The notes beneath the pieces were generated by a model that was not told the origin of the DNA, made no database searches, and saw nothing but the letters and a program-made list of their open reading frames with translations. Made by a program: the position numbers and the translations under genes. Positions 8,467 to 17,888 of a DNA stretch of 57,936 nucleotides are shown piece after piece; the stretch's first letter is position 1, and each line of letters starts with the position of its first letter. Origin of the DNA: a virus. Taxonomy: Duplodnaviria; Caudoviricetes. The DNA lies in IMG/VR virus record IMGVR_UViG_3300021197_001531, positions 1-57,936 of that record; one strand, written 5' to 3'.

Positions 8467-9395
8467 TGAATTTTACACGACAACAACCACAACAGCGTCT
8501 TGGGGATGCTAATGAAGCACACTTGTATGCACTCGCACAGCAAGGTAACGGTGGGTTATCCCATGCCGCACTCATGGAGCAGGCCACAGCGCAACAACAA
8601 ATGCAAAATGTAGCAGAACAAAACAATTTACAAGTTCCTAAAGTCAATTTTTATCCTTCTCGTCACCCCGACCCCCACAAGGCTCGTCGTAAAGACATCA
8701 AACAGGCTTATTCTTTGTTGATGCCTTCTAAACGCAGTATTTTCAATCCAGTGAGAACATTCCTTGGTCGTAAATACAGGTACGACAAGCAAACACATGT
8801 ATGTGTGGTAGATGGTTGCGACTGTGCTACACTCATTCAGTATGACAATCTGTACGCCAAGATAACAGATGAAGATACAGGAAAGAGTCTTTGGGAATTG
8901 TATTGGCGAAATCCAGTAACAGGTGAAGCAGAAGCGTTTATTGCAAGAGATAAAGTGACCAATGGGCGAAAAATGAGGGGTACTTATTGCCCCGAACATC
9001 TTCATCTCTATCATCTGCTATGCAAATGGGAAGCAGAAGAAGAAAAAGTACGAGAAAACAACCCTCGCCGTCTTCGTGACCAAGTAAAGCGTGGTGTCAG
9101 TGTTGTCACTGTACCCGTTGCCTCTATTGCAAAGAAGGATAGAACACCTCCTATGTTGGAAAAATATGAACCATTCTTTGATGAGTTGATGCGAGACTCA
9201 AAGAAAACCGAAGGTATCAACATCATACACTACAAAAATCCAGTTACTAAACAGAACGATGTGACCATGGTGGTGTTTGATTTGCGAATTTTTGAGCATG
9301 AACTGGCTATGATGAATCAACCTACTCCGTCATTTCAAAACATGATGAATCAACAAAACAATCTTGAACATGAAGGTACTGGGTTAGGTGAGTGA
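8463..9395 (+). CDS. Hypothetical protein, Q-rich N-terminus, possible Cys/His zinc site
   Basis: 310-aa ORF; CVVDGCDC and YCPEHLH; overlapping start/stop with neighbours. Confidence 0.75.
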   Translation: MMNFTRQQPQQRLGDANEAHLYALAQQGNGGLSHAALMEQATAQQQMQNVAEQNNLQVPKVNFYPSRHPDPHKARRKDIKQAYSLLMPSKRSIFNPVRTFLGRKYRYDKQTHVCVVDGCDCATLIQYDNLYAKITDEDTGKSLWELYWRNPVTGEAEAFIARDKVTNGRKMRGTYCPEHLHLYHLLCKWEAEEEKVRENNPRRLRDQVKRGVSVVTVPVASIAKKDRTPPMLEKYEPFFDELMRDSKKTEGINIIHYKNPVTKQNDVTMVVFDLRIFEHELAMMNQPTPSFQNMMNQQNNLEHEGTGLGE

Positions 9396-10023
9396 CATGT
9401 TGGGACTGGGCGGAAACAATCAACCACCGATGAATAATGGAACGCTGAATTTAGGAGTTTCGGGGCATCAACAACCGTGGCCAGCCCAGCAACCCCAGCA
9501 AAATCCGTTTGCACAAACACCGCAATCTCCTTTTGTTGGTGGTATGGCTAACGGTGCGGCTGGCCAGTGGGGTCAACAACCAGTTGCCCCACCAAGTGAT
9601 ATTGAAATTCAAATTATGCTTCTTCGTGGTATTGTACCTATGGACAGATTTGTGGCAAGTCAACAAATGGCGACTCTCGTACAAATGCTCAACAACCTTG
9701 TAAGTTTCAGTGTTCTTGAAGTGATGAAAAACGCAGTATTCGCTGAAGATGGTGAAGGAAATCTCAAAATGGACATTACGAAATTGCCCTCCCATCTTCA
9801 AACCATGAGTGCTGAAAACATCAAGGCGGAGTTCAATACACTACAAAGTAATGCACAACAAAACATCACATTGGCTGAGCAAGGACAAAGCCAAATTGCC
9901 GCTTACTCTCAGCAGAATATGATGAGTGGTGCGCTTTCAGCGGCTTTGGCTGATGAAGGTATGATGGAAAAAGTCGGCGGTGGTGTTGGTAGCGTTGCAA
10001 GGGGAATGTTGGGGCTGAGATGA
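9388..10023 (+). CDS. Hypothetical protein with Q/P/G-rich disordered N-terminus and helical C-terminus
   Basis: 211-aa ORF in the operon; Gly-rich amphipathic C-terminal end. Confidence 0.72.
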   Translation: MSDMLGLGGNNQPPMNNGTLNLGVSGHQQPWPAQQPQQNPFAQTPQSPFVGGMANGAAGQWGQQPVAPPSDIEIQIMLLRGIVPMDRFVASQQMATLVQMLNNLVSFSVLEVMKNAVFAEDGEGNLKMDITKLPSHLQTMSAENIKAEFNTLQSNAQQNITLAEQGQSQIAAYSQQNMMSGALSAALADEGMMEKVGGGVGSVARGMLGLR

Positions 10024-10262
10024 TGGAAAAGCAATTCATTGGTAATTCGTTTGCCGCAACTTCATTAAATGTCCTTAATCCTCATCGTAGTGTCATTGTT
10101 GACATGATTATGGTACAGATTTTGGCCGCTATCATCACGCTTTCACTTCTTTTGCTTCTCAAAGGAAACGAAATCGGCTCAACCAATGCTTCTTACTTGA
10201 TGGTGGCCCTATTCGGTACTGTTGTTTTCTTGAGTGCTGTTTATTCTCGCATCACTCGCTGA
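10020..10262 (+). CDS. Small two-TM membrane protein (holin-like topology)
   Basis: IMVQILAAIITLSLLLLL and YLMVALFGTVVFLSAVY; basic C-terminus. Confidence 0.68.
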   Translation: MMEKQFIGNSFAATSLNVLNPHRSVIVDMIMVQILAAIITLSLLLLLKGNEIGSTNASYLMVALFGTVVFLSAVYSRITR

Positions 10263-10502
10263 AGGCCATTTTCCGATTGGACACTCCGAAGATAGCAGTG
10301 CGGTTTTTATTTTAATAAAACAGCCGCATTGTCGGCATCTCGTATCTTCTTTAAATGGACATGTGTAACAAATCCGTAATCGCTCTTCCCGTAAAATCTC
10401 CGGTGCTTCACGCCCCAACACTTTATCCTTAACTGCGTTGGTGAGACTACGCATGGTTTCGTATGAAAGAGGAACTTTACCCACACGAGGTACCCTTCTC
10501 AT
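10209..10502 (-). CDS. Cys-rich small protein (DUF6171-like)
   Basis: RLRICYTCP..CRQCGCFIKIK..CPIGKW pattern common in marine viral proteins; divergent promoter with 10553. Confidence 0.65.
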   Translation of the reverse strand: MRRVPRVGKVPLSYETMRSLTNAVKDKVLGREAPEILREERLRICYTCPFKEDTRCRQCGCFIKIKTALLSSECPIGKWPSASDARINSTQENNSTE

Positions 10503-10552
10503 GAAGATTTTTAATTCGGAATCGTTTTTAACTCCTCCCTCTTAACACCGCT
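10503..10552. promoter_or_regulatory. Bidirectional TATA promoter
   Basis: TTTTTAAC (10525-10532) about 20 nt before ATG 10553 and about 22 nt from the antisense ATG 10502. Confidence 0.5.
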
Positions 10553-11230
10553 ATGGCGGGGGAGCGAGTGATAAAGCGTTCTTGTGCTTTTTGCGTCTGT
10601 GAAGACCGAGATTCATTTGAAGAACAGATGCTTCAAGGCTTCATATCTGCTCGTCAATTGGATAAAGACATGGGTTGGCGAGCCAATACAGCAGACCGAC
10701 ATTACCGGAATCACATGGGAGATTACCACATGGCGGCAAATACAGAATGTGCTTTGTGCACTACGCCGATGCGTGGCGAATACGAGCGTGTCTTTTACGA
10801 AGACGGTAGTACAAGTGAGCAAATCGCTCAAGACTTGGGTATATCAGTGGATAATGTGTTCCATCACATGAAGCATCACTTCCAACCACTTGTGCAAAAG
10901 TCTGCGGCCATTGAGGTTGCACTAACCGCTGGAAATGAAATTTCTTTACTACGCTCAAATGCTGAAAAATTAAATTACAAACTCAGCGAGTTGCTTAACG
11001 AGGGCACCGTACACGAAGATGGGTTTGTGCGAGATGCCGTGGCTTTGCACAAGGAAGTTCGTGAAACCGTCAAAGACTTGTTGCGCTTTCAAGACCAATG
11101 GGGACCAAAAGGTGACGGCCAACAAGTCAATCAAACATTCAACATTTTGCAAGTGGAGTTGGGTAAAGAAAGCCCCGACACATGGATGCGAATTAAAAAA
11201 CAGTTACAAGAAAACATGGGGGCTGAATGA
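10553..11230 (+). CDS. Tandem CxxC-HTH-HxxxH protein; candidate terminase small subunit
   Basis: Two units (CAFC...HYRNH and CALC...HMKHH) followed by a helical region and QVNQTFNIL strand; heads the operon containing terL. Confidence 0.5.
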   Translation: MAGERVIKRSCAFCVCEDRDSFEEQMLQGFISARQLDKDMGWRANTADRHYRNHMGDYHMAANTECALCTTPMRGEYERVFYEDGSTSEQIAQDLGISVDNVFHHMKHHFQPLVQKSAAIEVALTAGNEISLLRSNAEKLNYKLSELLNEGTVHEDGFVRDAVALHKEVRETVKDLLRFQDQWGPKGDGQQVNQTFNILQVELGKESPDTWMRIKKQLQENMGAE

Positions 11231-12501
11231 TGTCAATGGGTCGTGGTTCGGACACTCGCATGTATGCGCCTCGTAGTGAGTCGGATAAGATGTACTCTTC
11301 AGCCAATGAGGATGAAGATAAATACAGTCCTGCTGACCCGGACTATAATGAGAAAAAGCGTGAAGAAAAAAAGCGCAGGGTTGAAGAAAAGAAGGCTCAG
11401 CGTGACAAAATTAAACATATTAAAATTCGTGCTACACAGGGTTTGAGTGGGGAAGAATCTTCTAATCCGCTTGATGATGGCAACAAGCGTGATGATGAGC
11501 GTGAAATGGGACTACAGGGTGGCCCTGCTGGTAGTCGGGGTACGCTTCTTGACCTCGCTACTGGGGCAAAAAGCGGAACAGGCTCAGCCATGAGTCCCGG
11601 CCTTCCAATCGCTATGAGCGAACCGATGGAGGATGCTTGGAGTACATTGCTCAAGCGAGAAACACCACGCACCATCGCAGGACGACGCAAGCGTGAGGCT
11701 CGCCAGCAATTCCGTCCCTCTACGGGCCAGTTCAAGACACCCCCCGGAGGAATGGCTGGTGGTGCCGGTGCTACGATGCGCCGCTTCAAAGCACAGATGC
11801 GTGGTATCAAAAGTGGAAAAAAGACTGGATTGATGAAACCGCATCTGTCGGTTGAGATGAGCCACCGTGGTATTCAAACTAAACAACCGTTGTCTAAAGA
11901 CCCGCAAAAATACACGGCCTACAAAGGACAATCCGAGGCTCGTAAAATTTTAGGTGGAGCGAGGACCACTTTCTCACCCCACGCAAGGTATGGTGTACGC
12001 TCTAACAGGGCAGGACCAACTGGTGCTGGGCGACTGGGTGGGTTAATGCCCGGACAACGAGGCCAGTTGGCCCGTCCTGCTCTTCGTCGTATGCGTCAAC
12101 CTCGTATGCCTCGTATGCCTCGTATGAGCGCACCTATGCCTCCTACCCCACCTATGATGCCACAGATGCAATCCAGCGTTCCCGCTATGCCTTCCCCATC
12201 CTCAAGCATCATGATGAGTGAAGAGCGATACCGAAGTGAAATTCTCAAAGCACGAAACAGCCTTCATCGTATTGAATTGCTCAACCTTATGCGACGGCTT
12301 ATCCAAGCCAAAGAGCGAGAGGCAAAGATTAAGAAAAATTTGACAGCGACAGATGCCGCTGATTTACCCGGTCACCCTGCTGGTGTCAAACCGACCGATG
12401 ACGAAGACCCCCAAGGGCCGACTGAAAATCTTGAAACTGACCCCAAAACATTTGGGTTGGACCCTGTGGGTATAATTAACAGCAGACGGGGTGGAATGTG
12501 A
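11227..12501 (+). CDS. Basic low-complexity protein with SEPMEDAWSTLLK tag; putative internal head protein
   Basis: Tag at 11617-11655 and a second SEILKA site; R/G/M/P-rich; CCTCGTATG x3 at 12100-12126. Confidence 0.72.
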   Translation: MMSMGRGSDTRMYAPRSESDKMYSSANEDEDKYSPADPDYNEKKREEKKRRVEEKKAQRDKIKHIKIRATQGLSGEESSNPLDDGNKRDDEREMGLQGGPAGSRGTLLDLATGAKSGTGSAMSPGLPIAMSEPMEDAWSTLLKRETPRTIAGRRKREARQQFRPSTGQFKTPPGGMAGGAGATMRRFKAQMRGIKSGKKTGLMKPHLSVEMSHRGIQTKQPLSKDPQKYTAYKGQSEARKILGGARTTFSPHARYGVRSNRAGPTGAGRLGGLMPGQRGQLARPALRRMRQPRMPRMPRMSAPMPPTPPMMPQMQSSVPAMPSPSSSIMMSEERYRSEILKARNSLHRIELLNLMRRLIQAKEREAKIKKNLTATDAADLPGHPAGVKPTDDEDPQGPTENLETDPKTFGLDPVGIINSRRGGM

Positions 12502-14462
12502 TGATTCGTGTGGGTCGGCCAATTAAGAAGGCATGGAGCCTTGTTGGACACGGCCCAGCGGGAGCACAAATTTTTCGCAACCCACCACCACAGGCTTTCC
12601 GCCCCGAAGGAGAGGATGACCTTCCTGCACACGCTCACGATGGTGTAGGAAATCATTTACCGGGCGAGTGGGCACTTGGGGAACATGGTCAAAAATCCTA
12701 CAAAACACAATTTGGGGATTTTCACCACCCAATTGATGCAGTAGCACGCAAACTTGGTGATTTCCTTCGTGCAAGGGGATTCAACATTCCAGCATCCGAG
12801 GTTATTAACAACGCAATAAACGAGTTTAATGACACACATACTCATGGTGACGCACATGCGCTGGCTGATTTTGACTCCCCCGAATGGCGTAAAATTAGGG
12901 CTTCGGATATGCCCGAAGGGGATGTAACACGAGAGCGAAACACTATGCCTACTCGTACTCAAGGTGGTACCAAAATCACCATGCTTACCAATAAAAATCA
13001 GATGGACACCCCAATAGGTAAATTCGTTGAGGGTGGCTACATTCCATTTCACCGTAATATAATTCACCAATTAGAGGATATGGGTATTCCAACACAAGAA
13101 ATACGACAAGGGCTTAAGATTCTTGACTACCCTTGGCTACAACCCTACTTTCTTACACCTAAAAAATTCCTCGTTTCAAATAAGGGGCAACATGGTGCTG
13201 ATGTTGACGAAGCGATGATGAGTCGTGGCCCGGAAGGGTATTTTGGGGAAACCGAGGGTGTACGCACTTGGGAAGTCATGCACCACCTTCCCGATGCTTT
13301 CTTTTATCCTGCTTTAAACAAGCAAGGTACACAAAAATCGGGAAAAGCCGGTTCTTGGGAACATAAAAATGGGTTATATCAAGCGGCATCAAAAATGATT
13401 CAAAGTGCCTTACAACAAGGTATGGAACACATTCCCAATGTGGATGTCACTGTCAATACTGGTTCGTTTGGTGCCCCTAACATGATTCAACGACCACTTC
13501 ACGAAATCCTTCAAACACCCGATTTGCGAAATAAACTGATAGAGGACATGGCTCATGTACCTGCTATGATGTTTCTGTTTGGTCGTAGCGGGCAAGGCAA
13601 TTTCAAAAAGTTGTACGACCACATGATGGAAAAGTACGGTGCGTCCGATGACATGCTTTCAGCAGGTGAACAGGCCAAGTACCTTTCAGCAGGTAACAAG
13701 GGTGGTAAAGGAATGCACGAGTCGGCTAAGCGTATGTTTGCTCTTGCTCGTGCATCGGGTGAAGGAAGTGAAGAGGGCCGTAGCCGATTTGGTGAGCATC
13801 CTATTTCTGCTGACGAGTTGCAAGCAATGGGTATGCACCACAGTGATAATCTCATGAACCAAGTGGATAGATTTCGTGGTGTTCTTGAAGCATTGGCCGA
13901 CCACCAAGCCAGCGCACAAGGCCACGAAGTCAAGCGTGGACTTGGTGATATTCCTACCACAGCCCGTCCGGGGATGTCCATTGGTGGTTATCCCGAACTC
14001 AACGCTGAAACGGGGGAATACTCCATGCCTCCTCTTGACCCACACATGGATGCCTACTTTCACGAAGTCCATGACTTCGCTCCAACGGAGTCCTTTGACC
14101 CGTCCCTTACACAGTCGCCCGACCCGCAGGGAATTTCCTCTCCTGTTCAGCCCGCTTTATCTCCAGCGGTTCCGGCTCCGGTTCGGGCGACACCTTCTTC
14201 CTATCCTCATACACCACGAGAGCAGTATCAACAACTGCGACCACAAATCGGACAACTTGAACCCATGCAATTCCGACAATTGCTTGAGCAATCCGGTCGT
14301 CGCAGGCCCATGCCGATGAGCGATGCACCTCTTTCTCCCATGGATGCGGCGGCTCAACGCCTTATGGCAGACCCTCAACAGAATCTTCTCAGTGAATACT
14401 ACAAATCTATGGACCGCACCATGGATGATGTCATGCGAATTGTAAAAGGTGGGCGACGATGA
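12498..14462 (+). CDS. Hypothetical protein (His/Gly/Pro-rich), putative virion-associated
   Basis: 654-aa ORF translationally coupled on both sides; RPIKKA leader. Confidence 0.75.
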   Translation: MMIRVGRPIKKAWSLVGHGPAGAQIFRNPPPQAFRPEGEDDLPAHAHDGVGNHLPGEWALGEHGQKSYKTQFGDFHHPIDAVARKLGDFLRARGFNIPASEVINNAINEFNDTHTHGDAHALADFDSPEWRKIRASDMPEGDVTRERNTMPTRTQGGTKITMLTNKNQMDTPIGKFVEGGYIPFHRNIIHQLEDMGIPTQEIRQGLKILDYPWLQPYFLTPKKFLVSNKGQHGADVDEAMMSRGPEGYFGETEGVRTWEVMHHLPDAFFYPALNKQGTQKSGKAGSWEHKNGLYQAASKMIQSALQQGMEHIPNVDVTVNTGSFGAPNMIQRPLHEILQTPDLRNKLIEDMAHVPAMMFLFGRSGQGNFKKLYDHMMEKYGASDDMLSAGEQAKYLSAGNKGGKGMHESAKRMFALARASGEGSEEGRSRFGEHPISADELQAMGMHHSDNLMNQVDRFRGVLEALADHQASAQGHEVKRGLGDIPTTARPGMSIGGYPELNAETGEYSMPPLDPHMDAYFHEVHDFAPTESFDPSLTQSPDPQGISSPVQPALSPAVPAPVRATPSSYPHTPREQYQQLRPQIGQLEPMQFRQLLEQSGRRRPMPMSDAPLSPMDAAAQRLMADPQQNLLSEYYKSMDRTMDDVMRIVKGGRR

Positions 14463-15550
14463 GTAAGAAAGTTTTGATTCGTAAGCAAGCAGATGGCATC
14501 GTCAATTATCGCGATATTTCTCATGGACGACCTTCTGCTGGGGCTTTAGCGAGAAGGTTGTTTGCTGACCCCACTGCCGGTAAATGGCAAAAAATCAACG
14601 CCGGTTTGAATCTTGCAGGGAAGGGTGCGGCGGCTGTTTTAGCGGCCAATGATGCGGCCCAACGACTCCATGGAGGTAACATTACTGCGCCACTTACTAT
14701 TGGTCAAACTTATGCCTCGCTGGACCCTTCAAGCATGAGTGGCCAAACTGCTCAAGAGCAACAACAAATGGAGATTGAAAAAAGGAAAAATGCACAAAGA
14801 GCGAAGAAGATAAACGCTCTCACGGACTTGAGAATCAATGTTGGGGACACTATCACAAATCCACAGGGTGTTCAAAATCAACTTCAAACACACGCACTAT
14901 CCGTTCAGCAACCCCCTGCTGGACTACCAGTACCAGCAAGTGGGCCTCGTGCTGGTGCTACTCCCCCCGGAATGGGTGGTACTAATTTTGCTCATCCGTA
15001 CCAAGCGCAGTGGGAGGCTACGGGGGCAACAGGAAGGGCACCCCCTACCTTTACAGGAGCGAGAGGGCCAACAGGTCCACCTCCTGTGACTCAGCCACCG
15101 GCGGCAACGGCAACTCAGCCAACTCAGCCAGCGGCACCACTTGACCCCAGTTTGGTAGAGGCGACAGCAAATACAGGCGTTCCAACTGCCGCACCTGCCG
15201 CACCTGCCGTACCTCCCCAAGCAACAACACAGAATCCCGGTGGCTATGGGGTGGACGGGGTAACACACCAAGAGCAAGGCACACTTTCTTTCCCAACCTA
15301 CGCTCCGAATACTGGACCAAATCCTCCACCCCTTCCCCCCAATCCTGCGCCGGTATATGTATCTCCTCAAGGAAATACACATAAATTAGGCACTCCCGAA
15401 AGCCGGGAATGGGCAGATAGAAACCAATGGAATAGGTCTTTTGCTACATATGTGCTTGACCAGTTTGGCGACATGCTTCACAAAGCCGACCCCCATGTAG
15501 CAGGTTTGCTCGCCTTCCGAGTGTACATGGACAAAGTGTTGAAGGAGTGA
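14459..15550 (+). CDS. Hypothetical Pro/Ala/Thr-rich protein (KKVLIRKQ leader)
   Basis: 363-aa ORF directly upstream of terL. Confidence 0.72.
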   Translation: MSKKVLIRKQADGIVNYRDISHGRPSAGALARRLFADPTAGKWQKINAGLNLAGKGAAAVLAANDAAQRLHGGNITAPLTIGQTYASLDPSSMSGQTAQEQQQMEIEKRKNAQRAKKINALTDLRINVGDTITNPQGVQNQLQTHALSVQQPPAGLPVPASGPRAGATPPGMGGTNFAHPYQAQWEATGATGRAPPTFTGARGPTGPPPVTQPPAATATQPTQPAAPLDPSLVEATANTGVPTAAPAAPAVPPQATTQNPGGYGVDGVTHQEQGTLSFPTYAPNTGPNPPPLPPNPAPVYVSPQGNTHKLGTPESREWADRNQWNRSFATYVLDQFGDMLHKADPHVAGLLAFRVYMDKVLKE

Positions 15551-15554
15551 TTCT

Positions 15555-17045
15555 ATGAGCGACATGGAAGATTTTATTCACGACATGGACAGGAAGATGT
15601 CTGCTAAGTCGTTTGAATACTTCTTCACTCAAATTTTAGGATTTGACTACTCCGCTCATCACGCATCGTGGGACGAGGGTTTGGCTGAACATCGTTATTA
15701 CTGTGTAAAAGCATCTCGTGACCACGGTAAGTCCGTATTTTTTATGTCTTATGCCCTATGGATTGCCGCCTTTCAACCGGGAACACATGTCATGATTTTT
15801 TCACATTCTCTTGAGCAGACGCTTGAACACATGCGATTCATACGCAACAACATAGAAGGTACACCTTGCTTACGATTCCTCATTCCCGAAGGTCGCCCTT
15901 GGCGAAAGACCTACTTTGAGTTCAATAACGGTAGCCGTATGATGGCAAAGTCAACAGGTGGTGGTACCCGTGGTTTCCACCCGAATGTTGTGGTCTGTGA
16001 CGACATCTTGTGGGGAACAACGGGAACTGAACTTCAGCGTGCCGCAGATTGGTTTTACGGTGTCCTTCTCCCTGTTCTTCACCACACAGGTCGCCTTATG
16101 ATGGTGGGTACTCCGTTTTCATACAACGATTTGTATTCTCAGTTGGAACAAACTGAAACTTTCCAAGTTGAAACATACCCTGCTATCAACAAAGAAGGTG
16201 AGGCGTTGTGGCCCGAACGCTGGGATTTAGAGTCACTTGACCAGCGGCGTTTGACTATGCCAGCCATTCAATTTTCTCGTGAGTACCTGTGTGAACCAAT
16301 CCACGATGTTGCAAGTATGTTCCCTCATGATATATTGGAAAAAGCCCGTAACAAGGATTTAGTGTTGCTTGACCGAGCAGATACAGAATACGATGCTGAC
16401 GGTGAACCTGCTGGAATTTTCGGGCAACATTTCATTGGATGGGACACAGCCATTGCTTCGGATAAGAATGCTGACTTTACAGCCATGACTGTTCTGCGTA
16501 TGTTACCCGAAGAAGATGTAAAACAGGTTGTTGGGATTGTGCATGAAAGAGGTATGACTGGGCTGGCACAAAAGAATCAAATCATGATGCTCAACAATCG
16601 CTTTCAGCCCGACTTGATTGAGTTGGAAGGTAACAACTTCCAACGCATGTTTCAAGCCGAGTTGCTTGAGATGAGGCAAGACATCCCCATCAAGACTTTC
16701 ATCACGACCCGTACACGCAAGGAGAGTCTGTTTATGTCCCTCTTGATGGCGTTTGAGCAGGGTAAGATACAAACACCATATGGAGACAAGCGTAGCCGTG
16801 AATTTACTCATAAATTAGAAACTGAACTCAATCGTTTCGGTATGCAAAAGAGCGGGAAGTTGGAAAGTGTTGGTACACATGACGACTTGGCTATGTCTCT
16901 CGCATTGGCCAATTGGGGTACAAAAGAGTTCAAAGGCTCAGTTGTTCTTCTTGATGATGTACTACCGGGCTTTGATGAGTGGATTCGTGGTAAACCACAC
17001 CGTTCACAAAACGACAATCCGGCTGATGGGTGGATGATACCATAA
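15555..17045 (+). CDS. terL: Terminase large subunit
   Basis: Walker A ASRDHGKS, Walker B VVCDDI, coupling motif GTP, ALWPERW, RNase-H-like nuclease residues IGWD, DFTA, IELE and HDDLAMS. Confidence 0.95.
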   Translation: MSDMEDFIHDMDRKMSAKSFEYFFTQILGFDYSAHHASWDEGLAEHRYYCVKASRDHGKSVFFMSYALWIAAFQPGTHVMIFSHSLEQTLEHMRFIRNNIEGTPCLRFLIPEGRPWRKTYFEFNNGSRMMAKSTGGGTRGFHPNVVVCDDILWGTTGTELQRAADWFYGVLLPVLHHTGRLMMVGTPFSYNDLYSQLEQTETFQVETYPAINKEGEALWPERWDLESLDQRRLTMPAIQFSREYLCEPIHDVASMFPHDILEKARNKDLVLLDRADTEYDADGEPAGIFGQHFIGWDTAIASDKNADFTAMTVLRMLPEEDVKQVVGIVHERGMTGLAQKNQIMMLNNRFQPDLIELEGNNFQRMFQAELLEMRQDIPIKTFITTRTRKESLFMSLLMAFEQGKIQTPYGDKRSREFTHKLETELNRFGMQKSGKLESVGTHDDLAMSLALANWGTKEFKGSVVLLDDVLPGFDEWIRGKPHRSQNDNPADGWMIP

Positions 17046-17074
17046 TGTTTCCATTTGATGACTGGGGGTTTTGA

Positions 17075-17263
17075 ATGAGTTGCGATTGCGGTCACTGTGT
17101 TGGAATGGGTACCGCTTGGGACGCTCTTGAAAAGAAACTTTGTCCCGAAGGTAAAGCGGCGGCGAAGCGTAAGTTCAAAGTTTATCCCTCAGCGTATGCT
17201 AACGGATGGGCTGTACAATACTGCCGTGGTAAATTTAAGGGTAAAAAGGGGAAGAAGAAATGA
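17075..17263 (+). CDS. Small basic protein (KVYPSAYAN type) behind an MGTAWDALEK tag
   Basis: Lys-rich; KRKFKVYPSAYANGWAVQYC resembles small basic proteins of marine viruses. Confidence 0.65.
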   Translation: MSCDCGHCVGMGTAWDALEKKLCPEGKAAAKRKFKVYPSAYANGWAVQYCRGKFKGKKGKKK

Positions 17264-17478
17264 TTGAAATAGATTATGTCATGGCTTTTCTTAAATCAAA
17301 GGAAGGGAGTGAGGTAAAACTCAAAAAAGACAAGTGTTGCTGTGGTGGTAACAAAAAGACTCCTTGTGTATGTATGATACAGGGAAATCAATGTTCGGCC
17401 ACATCCCCTAAATGTCCTTGTTATTCTTTACTTGATAAACAAAAGAAGTCGTTGAAAAAAATGGTCGGTGTATATTGA
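17260..17478 (+). CDS. Small Cys/Lys-rich protein
   Basis: Leader IDYVMAFLKS followed by CCC..CVC..C..CPC; coupled to neighbours. Confidence 0.55.
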   Translation: MIEIDYVMAFLKSKEGSEVKLKKDKCCCGGNKKTPCVCMIQGNQCSATSPKCPCYSLLDKQKKSLKKMVGVY

Positions 17479-17871
17479 ATGTCCGACCGATGCACCTGTC
17501 ATGATGTACTCATTGTGAAAAACTTGAATCGTTGGTTCAAGGAAAAGTGGGTGGATGTATCTCGTAAAGACAAAGATGGTAAGCACCCTCCTTGTGGACG
17601 AAGTAAAGCCAGCAAATCTTCCAAAGGTTACCCTAAGTGTCGTCCCAGCATTAAAGTGTCAAATAAAACTCCCAACACCAGTGGCTCCATGAGCGAAGGG
17701 CAAAAGCGTGCGGCAACAAAACGCAAGCGAGCCAAGAAGCAGGGTGTGGGTGGCAAACCAACAGTGGTGAAAGCAATGAAAGATGAAAAGAAAGGCAAGA
17801 AAGGTATGGTCATGGTGATTGCGGTTACCGCTAAGCCAAAGAAAGTCGGCGTCAAAAAGAAAAAGGATTAA
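17479..17871 (+). CDS. Small basic protein (LNRWFKEKWVDV..CGRS..YPKCRP type)
   Basis: Very Lys-rich; motif resembles small basic marine viral proteins; VLIVK leader. Confidence 0.68.
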   Translation: MSDRCTCHDVLIVKNLNRWFKEKWVDVSRKDKDGKHPPCGRSKASKSSKGYPKCRPSIKVSNKTPNTSGSMSEGQKRAATKRKRAKKQGVGGKPTVVKAMKDEKKGKKGMVMVIAVTAKPKKVGVKKKKD

Positions 17872-17888
17872 AGTCAAAGGTCAATTGA

